A stretch of DNA of 64,000 nucleotides from Limnothrix sp. BL-A-16 (GTDB taxonomy: Bacteria > Cyanobacteriota > Cyanobacteriia > CACIAM-69d): NCBI GenBank assembly GCA_041937175.2, contig CP166615.1:3136001-3200000 (forward strand). The letters run 5' to 3'. The notes under the pieces were generated by a model. That model made no database searches. It was given only the letters and a program-made list of their open reading frames with translations, and was not told the origin of the DNA. Positions 51,018 through 58,669 of the stretch are shown piece by piece (the first letter of the stretch is position 1; the number at the start of each line of letters is the position of its first letter). Position numbers and translations under genes: made by a program.

Positions 51018-53119
51018 ATGGCCCGGTTCCAACGCCGGGCCAAGAACCGCCGACAAATTTGCAGGATCGGGGGGTCGATCGCGATCGCTTCTTTGGACGC
51101 GATGACGTATTGCAGGATTTGCACGATCGGTTGGGGCGATCGGATCGGGTGGCGGTGACGAGTGTGGCGGGCATGGGCGGCGTGGGCAAAAGTGAGCTGG
51201 CGGTGCAGTATGCGCGGTGGCGGCTGCGGGAGGGGGACTATCGCGGCGGGGTGGTGTGGCTGGCGGGGGAACGGGCGGGGATTGAGCTATTGGGGTTTGC
51301 GAAGGCGCAGTTTTTCCCGGATGTGGATTTGGCGCAGTTAGGCGATTTACGCGAACAGTTGACGTTTATTTGGTCGCGTTGGCCGGTGCCTGAGGTTCCG
51401 CCGGAGTCGGTGCTGTTGGTGTTTGATGATGTGACGGATTACCGATCGCAGGTGGCGGATCTGTTGCCGAGTGACAAGCGGTTTCGGGCGATCGTCACGA
51501 CGCGGGAGCAGATCCAGGGGATCGATCGGTTGGATTTGGCGGTGCTGGCTCCGGCGGCTGCGTTGGACTTGTTGCGATCAATCGTTGGGGAAGCGCGGAT
51601 CGCGGCGGAACCGGAGACGGCGAGCGAGATCTGTGAATGGCTGGGCTTTTTGCCGTTGGGTTTGGAGTTGGTGGGCTATTATCTCCAGCGCAAGCCGAAT
51701 CTGTCGCTGGCAAAGCTGCTGGAACGGTTGAATGAGAAGCGTTTGGCGGCGAGGGCGTTAATCGATGTGCCGGTGACGCTGACGGCACAGCGGGGGGTCG
51801 CGGCGGCGTTTGAGTTGAGTTGGGAGGCGATCGGCGCGCAGGAGTGGGGCGAGTCGGCGCAGGCGTTGGCGATGCGGCTGAGTCTGTTTGCGGCGGCTCC
51901 GATTCCGTGGGGCTTGATGCAGGACTGTTGGGCGGCGGCGGATGAGGAGGAGTTGGAGGATTGGCGCGATGGGTTAGTGGCGTTGCATCTGATTGAGGAT
52001 GTCACCGGGGAGCGCTATCGGTTGCATCCGCTGATTCGGGAGTTTTTTGCAGCGAAGTTGGCGGCGCGGGCGGAGGCGACAGCCTGGCGGACGGCGTTTG
52101 CGGTGACGTTGACGAAGATTGCGAGAACAATTCCGCAGACTGTGACGCTGGAACAGCAAGCCCAGGTGCGCGAGGCAATGCCCCATCTGGAAGCCGCGAC
52201 GGATTATTGCGACCTACTGAGCGATGATGATTGCGGCTGGCCGTTCACTGGTTTAGCCCGGTTTTACGAAGCCCAAGGCCTGTTCGAGGATGCCGAGCGT
52301 TGCTCTCAGCATTGCCTCGATATGCGCGAAACCCGCTTCGGAGCCGACCACCCTGATACCGCCACCAGCCTCAACAATTTGGCGGCATTGTATGAATCGC
52401 AAGGGAAATACGATCGCGCCGAACCGCTCTACCAACGCGCCTTAGACATCAGAGAACAGCAACTGGGAGCCGACCCCCCCGCTACCGCCACCAGCCTCAA
52501 CAATTTGGCGGGATTGTACCGATCACAAGGGAAATACGATCACGCCGAACCGCTCTTGCAACGCGCCTTAGCGATCAGGGAACGGCAACTGGGAGCCGAC
52601 CACCCCCATACCGCCAGCAGCCTCAACAATTTGGCGCTTTTGTATAAATCGCAAGGGAAATACGATCGCGCCGAACCGCTCTACCAACGCGCCTTAGCGA
52701 TCTATGAACGGCAACTGGGAGCCGACCACCCCAATACCGCCAGCAGCCTCAACAATTTGGCGCTTTTGTATAAATCGCAAGGGAAATACGATCGCGCCGA
52801 ACCGCTCTACCAAAGCGCCTTAGACATCAGAGAACGGCAACTGGGAGCCGACCACCCCGATACCGCCGCCAGCCTCAACAATTTGGCGGTGCTGTATTTC
52901 TATCAAAATCGCTGGGGCGAGGCGGAGCGGTTGCTGGTGCGGGCGCTGCTGATTTGGGCGCAGGTGTTGGGCGAAGCGCATCCCGACACGCAAAGCTCGA
53001 TTCAAAGCTTGTTCAGCCTAATCGGTGCAGCCCTGAACCAGGGACGCGCCGCCGAACTCTCCGACCACCCCGTCACCCAATCCATCCTGCAACAACTCAC
53101 CACCCCACCCAACCCGTAG
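50984..53119 (+). CDS. STAND NTPase (NB-ARC-like) with TPR repeats, in the -1 frame relative to 50520-51017
   Basis: FFGRDD, Walker A GMGGVGKSE, Walker B LLVFDDV, IVTTR, LGFLPLGL, LHPLIREF, then 42-aa kinesin-light-chain-type TPRs; only a TTG at 50984 as an independent start. Confidence 0.9.
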   Translation: MELGGGTRKKVDGPVPTPGQEPPTNLQDRGVDRDRFFGRDDVLQDLHDRLGRSDRVAVTSVAGMGGVGKSELAVQYARWRLREGDYRGGVVWLAGERAGIELLGFAKAQFFPDVDLAQLGDLREQLTFIWSRWPVPEVPPESVLLVFDDVTDYRSQVADLLPSDKRFRAIVTTREQIQGIDRLDLAVLAPAAALDLLRSIVGEARIAAEPETASEICEWLGFLPLGLELVGYYLQRKPNLSLAKLLERLNEKRLAARALIDVPVTLTAQRGVAAAFELSWEAIGAQEWGESAQALAMRLSLFAAAPIPWGLMQDCWAAADEEELEDWRDGLVALHLIEDVTGERYRLHPLIREFFAAKLAARAEATAWRTAFAVTLTKIARTIPQTVTLEQQAQVREAMPHLEAATDYCDLLSDDDCGWPFTGLARFYEAQGLFEDAERCSQHCLDMRETRFGADHPDTATSLNNLAALYESQGKYDRAEPLYQRALDIREQQLGADPPATATSLNNLAGLYRSQGKYDHAEPLLQRALAIRERQLGADHPHTASSLNNLALLYKSQGKYDRAEPLYQRALAIYERQLGADHPNTASSLNNLALLYKSQGKYDRAEPLYQSALDIRERQLGADHPDTAASLNNLAVLYFYQNRWGEAERLLVRALLIWAQVLGEAHPDTQSSIQSLFSLIGAALNQGRAAELSDHPVTQSILQQLTTPPNP
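51008..51042 (+). promoter_or_regulatory. Putative programmed -1 ribosomal frameshift signal
   Basis: In-frame A AAA AAG (51008-51014), then 4 nt, then stem TGGCCCGG (51019-51026) / CCGGGCCA (51035-51042) with an 8-nt loop. Confidence 0.8.
52349..52978 (+). repeat. 126-bp intragenic TPR repeats (4 near-identical plus 1 diverged)
   Basis: GGAGCCGAC...AGCCTCAACAATTTGGCG recurs every 126 bp. Confidence 0.9.
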
Positions 53120-53219
53120 GGGCGCATCGCCATGCGCCCTCCGATACGCGAGATCTCCGCAAACCAATTCGTGGCAACCGATCGACCCGGTTGGAGGGCG
53201 TACAGCGGTACGCCCCTAC
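53116..53219. repeat. REPIN-like module, copy 1 (104 bp, two inverted REP-like hairpins)
   Basis: GTAGGGGCGCATcgccATGCGCCCTCC ... GGAGGGCGTACagcgGTACGCCCCTAC. Confidence 0.8.
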
Positions 53220-53355
53220 CCGATCGCCCTTCCCGCCAAAAACCGGATCGCAATCCCGAGGGGCGATCGACGGTGCGTGGGAGACAAACCCGCCAAACCA
53301 TTACCCCGTAAGCGTTCTCCCACACACCCTACCCGTCGGCCATTGATGCGGGAAC

Positions 53356-53688
53356 ATGGACAAAATGAACTACCCCCAACTGGTGCAACAGGCCCTCGAC
53401 TATCACCACCAACACAGCCAAACCAGCAGCGACCTAGAAACCCACGCCATCTATGACCAACAACGCGATCGCTACCAACTGTTGCGATTTGGCTGGCAGG
53501 GGAGCGATCGCACCTTTGCCTGTGTGGCCTACGTGACGATCGAAAACGGCAAAATCTGGATTCACCGCGACTTCACCGAACCCGGCATCGCCCATCAACT
53601 GCTCGAACAAGGCATCCCCAAAACCGATATCGTCCTGGCTTTTCACGCCCCCAACCTGCGCCCCTACACCGAATTCGCGATCGGTTAA
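53356..53688 (+). CDS. xisI: Orphan XisI family protein
   Basis: IYDQQRDRYQLLRFGW, IENGKIWIHRDFTEPGIAHQLLEQGIPKTDIVLAFH.P..RPYTEFA. Confidence 0.9.
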   Translation: MDKMNYPQLVQQALDYHHQHSQTSSDLETHAIYDQQRDRYQLLRFGWQGSDRTFACVAYVTIENGKIWIHRDFTEPGIAHQLLEQGIPKTDIVLAFHAPNLRPYTEFAIG

Positions 53689-53746
53689 CCCCCTCGCTGG
53701 GGGAACCCGATCGCCCCCTGATCGTCGCCAAAACCGACCAATTCCC

Positions 53747-53850
53747 GTCGGGACACATCGCCATGCGCCCTCCGATCCGCGAGATCTCCACAAACCAATT
53801 CGTTTCCATGGATTGACCCGGTTGGCGGGCGTACGGCGGTACGCCCCTAC
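53747..53850. repeat. REPIN-like module, copy 2 (104 bp, direct repeat of copy 1)
   Basis: Aligns end to end with 53116-53219 (…catcgccatgcgccctccgat..gcgagatctcc.caaaccaattcgt…ggtacgcccctac). Confidence 0.8.
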
Positions 53851-53864
53851 CCGGCGCGGGGTGA

Positions 53865-55454
53865 TTACAACGGGCGATAGACGCGGTAATTCACGTTGGG
53901 GAAGATATTGTCGATCGCCTCCACCTTTTGCAGCCAGCCCGAATCCACCTTGCCCGCGCGAATATCGTCGTAGAGCTTCGTGAACCGCATCATGTGCGAT
54001 CGCGTCCGGCGCACCGCGTAGGGAACCATCGTTCCCGTCCGCATAATGAACGCCCAGTCCGACGACTGCGCCAACAGTAATTCCCGCGCCGCTTGATTCA
54101 GGGCCCGCCACTCCAGCTCATCGGCCGGCTCCAGTTTGGATAGCTCGATCATCCGTTCCGCACCCTTGTGCAGGTGCGGATAAATCCAAGCGTTGGTGTC
54201 ATTCAGCCAATATTCATGGAAGCCCTTATAGCCCCAGCTCGATTGGGACGGGCGACAAACTTGCTGGGTCGGCTGTTTCTGCAAATAATCCGACAGGTGG
54301 GTCATCTGGAAAGTGTTTTGGTCAAACCAAGACTTCCGGAACAGGAAATCCAGGAACCAGGGGCCTTCGTACCACCAGTGCCCAAACAGCTCCGCATCGT
54401 AGGGCGACACCACGATCGGGGGGCGCTGCATCAACCCATTCAGATAGGAAACCTGTTGGCTGCGGTTGAACATGAAGTTGGTGGCATGTTCCGCCGCCTT
54501 TTCCCGCGCCCAGTAGGGATCGTAGAGCGCCTTATCGGACAGGCCCGCCGTCCGGCTGGTGATTTTGTGGTATTTGATGCCCACATTTTTTCGTTGGCCG
54601 TTGGGCATGATGTAGGGCTTGATGTAGTCGTAGTCCGCTTCCCAGCCGATGTCTTTGTAAAACTCTCGGTATTCGGCCGCGCCGGGATAGCCCACTTCGG
54701 AAGACCATACCTGTTGCGAAGATTCGTGGTCGCGGCCAAAGGCGGCCACCCCGGCTTCCGTGAAAATGGGCGAATAGGTACCGAAGCGGGGGCGCGGCCG
54801 GGCGTACAAAATCCCGTGGCCATCGGTGAGGAAGTAGCGCAGGCCGGCATCGGCCACCATCCGTTCCAGGCCTTCGTAGTAGGCGCATTCGGGCAGCCAA
54901 ATGCCTTTGGGGGCGCGGCCGAAGTTTTCTTCGTAGTGGTCAACGGCCACTTTCAGTTGGGCCCACACGGCTTGGGGATACATCTTCATCAGGGGCAAAT
55001 AGCCGTGGGTGGCCCCGCAGGTGATGATGTCGATGTTGCCGGAGTCTTGGAATTTCTTGAAGGCGGTGACGAGATCGCGATCGTACCGTTCCCAAAGTTC
55101 CCGCACTTCCTGGAATTCTTTGATGTAGTGCTCGGCCAGGTAGCGCAGGTGGCCGTTGAATTCGTTGTGGACGTATTCTTTTTCGACGAGTTCTTGCAAC
55201 TGAGCGAGGTGCTGATCGTAGCGGTCTTGCAAGAGGGGGTCGCGGAGCATGGACACCAGGGGCGGGGTCATGCTCATGGTGATTTTGAAGTCTACGCCAT
55301 CGCGCTCGAGTCCTTCAAAGGCGCGTAACAGGGGGACGTAGGTTTCGGTGATGGCTTCGTAGAGCCACTCTTCCTCTAGAACGTAGTCGCTTTCGGGGTG
55401 CCGGACGAAGGGCAGGTGAGCGTGCAGGACGAGGGCGACATAGCCAAGGGTCAT
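53865..55454 (-). CDS. Glycoside hydrolase family 57 (DUF1957) branching-enzyme-like protein
   Basis: LVLHAHLPFV, EEWLYEAITETY, GATHGYLP, GIWLPECAY, PYDAELFGHWWYEG, QSSDWAF. Confidence 0.95.
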   Translation of the reverse strand: MTLGYVALVLHAHLPFVRHPESDYVLEEEWLYEAITETYVPLLRAFEGLERDGVDFKITMSMTPPLVSMLRDPLLQDRYDQHLAQLQELVEKEYVHNEFNGHLRYLAEHYIKEFQEVRELWERYDRDLVTAFKKFQDSGNIDIITCGATHGYLPLMKMYPQAVWAQLKVAVDHYEENFGRAPKGIWLPECAYYEGLERMVADAGLRYFLTDGHGILYARPRPRFGTYSPIFTEAGVAAFGRDHESSQQVWSSEVGYPGAAEYREFYKDIGWEADYDYIKPYIMPNGQRKNVGIKYHKITSRTAGLSDKALYDPYWAREKAAEHATNFMFNRSQQVSYLNGLMQRPPIVVSPYDAELFGHWWYEGPWFLDFLFRKSWFDQNTFQMTHLSDYLQKQPTQQVCRPSQSSWGYKGFHEYWLNDTNAWIYPHLHKGAERMIELSKLEPADELEWRALNQAARELLLAQSSDWAFIMRTGTMVPYAVRRTRSHMMRFTKLYDDIRAGKVDSGWLQKVEAIDNIFPNVNYRVYRPL

Positions 55455-55941
55455 AGCAATTGTCCTAGAGCGCAATTAATAAGGCTGAGGCGATCGCTCG
55501 TGGGATCGCCCTGGCCGGATCGGCGTAAAGCTTGGCTTAAGCTTTAGCAGATTTTAAGGCGAAGTGCGACCGGGGGTAGGTCGTGAATTTGACCAGATGT
55601 TGGGCAATCGGGATCTATGGGGATCTGGGGGGATCTGTCGGGATCGGTTGGGATCGGTTGAAGTCTCGGGAGATCCCAGGCAGAAGGGCAGCAAACAACC
55701 CCCTGGCCACTGTAGACGGGGAGACGGCGTGAACTAACGGTGTGCGCCGGGCGTTGTTAATCAATGGGCTGGCGATCACAGGCGATCGGGTGTTGGCTTT
55801 CGATCGCTGGGGAGGGGTTCGGCTGCCCGTTCGCAGGGTGGCTGGGCGGTTGCTCCCAATCAGCGTTGGCCGCGCCAGAATGGAGATGATTCCAGTGGTG
55901 CTCCATGGGCCACTCTGCGCCGAGCACAAGGAGCAAAACCC

Positions 55942-56340
55942 ATGCGTTTAAGCCTGATGGGCGATTCCCTCAGAATTGACTTGGAGGGTTGGGAAAAGCT
56001 GTGGGCTTTTCATTGGCCCCTCTATTTGGAAGTCCCGATCGCGCAAATTCAAGCCGTGCAGTTGGGAGCACCGCCCAGCGACTGGCGAGAACTGCGTGCG
56101 CCGGGTACGTTTCTGCCGGGTGTGATCAAAGCAGGAACCTATTACACAAGGCGTGGCCGGGAGTTTTGGTATGCCACTCATGATGGCGGAGAGTTTCTGA
56201 CGTTGAGGCTGACGGGCCATCAATACGCTCAGGTGGTGTTGACGCTGCTGGATGCGGCTGACTGGCAACAGCGCATCGATCGAGTCATCCCGCCGCCGAC
56301 TCCCGTGGGCTTGGAGCAACTTCAGTTTGGCTCGCTCTAG
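55942..56340 (+). CDS. Hypothetical protein (small beta-rich, PH-like)
   Basis: AAGGAG RBS; LRAPGTFLPGVIKAGTYY...EFW motif. Confidence 0.75.
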   Translation: MRLSLMGDSLRIDLEGWEKLWAFHWPLYLEVPIAQIQAVQLGAPPSDWRELRAPGTFLPGVIKAGTYYTRRGREFWYATHDGGEFLTLRLTGHQYAQVVLTLLDAADWQQRIDRVIPPPTPVGLEQLQFGSL

Positions 56341-56406
56341 CTTTGGCCCGCCCTAGCTTGGATCGCGATCGCCCATGGACGACTGGCGCTGGGCCCAGGT
56401 TGGCGA

Positions 56407-57843
56407 TCAGAATTCGGCGGTGAGGGGCAACCACACTTCAAAACTGGTGCCGGGTAAATCGAAGGGGCGATCGGGATAGGTTTCTGGCCAACGGGGCGAT
56501 CGCAATCGGAGGTGGCCCCCATGGCGCGCAATGATTTCGTGGGTGATGGCCAGACCCAGGCCCGTTCCTTTCCCGATCGGCTTGGTGGTGAAAAAGGTCT
56601 CAAAGATTTTGGTCTGAATGGCTTCGGGAATGCCGGGGCCGTTGTCGGCAATTTCCACCATCACCCAGCCCGTCACATCCATGGTGCGGGGTTCCACCGC
56701 CGCGATCGAGGCCGGCTCGATCGCCGCCAAATCCGCCGGCAACTCGTTCATGCATTGGGTGCGAATCATGATTGTCGGCTGCCAGCGTTGTCGCTCCAGT
56801 GGCGGAATTTGGTTTTGCACCTCCAGCAGCGCATCCACCGCATTGGCCAGCAGGTTCATAAACACTTGGCTCAGGTGTCCCGACTGGCAAGCCACCAGGG
56901 GCAATTCTCCATAGGTGCGAATCACTTCCACCCCTTCTCGCAGGCGGTTGTTAAGCACGATCAGAGTGCTCTCAATGCAATCGTGCAGGTCGGCAGCCTT
57001 GAAGTTTTCTGACCCCACATGGGAAAAGCTTTGGAGACCGGCAACGGTTTTTTTCAGTTTGTCTGCCCCGATCGCCATGCTGTCGATCAGTTTGGGCAAG
57101 TCCTCCCGCAGGAAGTCGAACTCCATGGTCGATCGCAACCGTTGCAAGGTCTCGGGAACTTCCGGCAGCAGGGCTTCATAGGCCGTCACCAGCTCAATCA
57201 AATCTCGGGCGTATTGGGTCAGATAAACCACATTGCCCGAAATGAAATTCACCGGATTTTTAATTTCATGGGAAATGCCCGCCACCATCCGCCCCAGGCT
57301 GGCCATCTTCTCCGCTTGAATCACCTGAGCGCGGGTTTGTTCTTGAATCCGCTGCATGGCTAGCTCGTGAATTTGGGATTGAGCCACCAGCAACTGGTGA
57401 ATATCCAGCAGACAATAGCAGCCTTCCTGGGATTCCACCGCCAACGGTTCATAGAGCAAATCGGGCGATCGCTCCAGGGCCGCCCGCCCCGCCTGCACCA
57501 CAAGCGTGCTGCCCGACAACACCAACAGCGGCACATGGGCGTATTGATACATTACGCGCAGGGGCCGATGTAGAAATAACTCCGGGCCATATTGCCGGCT
57601 CAGGTGCTTAAAAAAACGCCGCCGCGACAGCAGCCCCGCAAAGGCTCCTCGATCGAGCAATACGGCCCCTGGCAGCAGGGGATCCGCCTCCAAGGCTTGG
57701 GCCAGCTCAATCCCCGGCTGTGACAAATCCATGGCAAAGCAGGATAGGCACAAGTCATTGAGCGTGGACTCCAAATTCAGCGAGGCAGCAAGATTGGGCA
57801 GCACAGCCGGAGCAGCCATGGTTGAAGTGGAAGTGGCAAGCAT
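56407..57843 (-). CDS. Soluble sensor histidine kinase (CBS-like N-terminus)
   Basis: EKMASLGRMVAGISHEIKNPVNFI, QVFMNLLANA, DNGPGI, FFTTKPIGKGTGLGL. Confidence 0.93.
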   Translation of the reverse strand: MLATSTSTMAAPAVLPNLAASLNLESTLNDLCLSCFAMDLSQPGIELAQALEADPLLPGAVLLDRGAFAGLLSRRRFFKHLSRQYGPELFLHRPLRVMYQYAHVPLLVLSGSTLVVQAGRAALERSPDLLYEPLAVESQEGCYCLLDIHQLLVAQSQIHELAMQRIQEQTRAQVIQAEKMASLGRMVAGISHEIKNPVNFISGNVVYLTQYARDLIELVTAYEALLPEVPETLQRLRSTMEFDFLREDLPKLIDSMAIGADKLKKTVAGLQSFSHVGSENFKAADLHDCIESTLIVLNNRLREGVEVIRTYGELPLVACQSGHLSQVFMNLLANAVDALLEVQNQIPPLERQRWQPTIMIRTQCMNELPADLAAIEPASIAAVEPRTMDVTGWVMVEIADNGPGIPEAIQTKIFETFFTTKPIGKGTGLGLAITHEIIARHGGHLRLRSPRWPETYPDRPFDLPGTSFEVWLPLTAEF

Positions 57844-58669
57844 AGGAAATGAGGGTGCAGAGGGACGGGCGAGCAGCCAACAGGCTCAGAGCATTGCACA
57901 GGGGGCTTTGGGCCAATCTCGGGGCCGAGATTTCATGGGGAAAAATGAATCAGGCTGGCACGCTCGATCGAAATCGCCTTAGATAGCCCATACAACCCCA
58001 AGAAAATCCAGTGTTGATCAACTAATTGCCTTGGCCAAGGGCCTCGGTCAATTGATTCAGTTTAATGAATCGATCGCTTGGAATCGGGGTCTTAAGATTA
58101 CTTGGTTGCAGGTAAGCGTTCCCGACTTCTATCCTTTTCAAGGCTAACATCTTACAGCAGGAAAGACAGAATAGATCTACCATAAAATCTTGTCAAAGCA
58201 TCTGATTTCAATCAGCCCAGCGTTGTCAGGGCAAGGCTTTGCCGTGACAGCAAGTTCATTATTGAATCATCGGCTCAAGAGATCTTCATGATCTTTTTTG
58301 GGGATATTTTTAGGAAATGGGCTAAGGGAATTTTTATTGAAACTTGATCTGTTGATAATATGCGTTTAACCAATACTTAAACAAATGACAGTAACAATCT
58401 TTTCTGCGCTAGGTTTTGCTACCTGGAGCTGTGGCGGCCTTGTTCGATCTTGATTGTTCGATTCTGATTGCCCTATTTTGATTGCCCGATCTTGAGGTTC
58501 AGCACTATTTTGGGTGCTGTTTCTGGTGCTGTTTTTGGTGCTGGGCCATGGGTTCGATCGCGCTCTGTTCGATCGCGTTCTTGAGCCAATTCCCGATCGA
58601 GGTTTGGATATCGCCATTCGATCGGGAATCGATCAGACCCGATCGCGGCCATGAGGGTCAATCAGCAAC

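Noticed and set aside
54168..55328. 386-aa plus-strand ORF
   Set aside because: Antisense shadow of the GH57 gene, caused by high-GC codon bias
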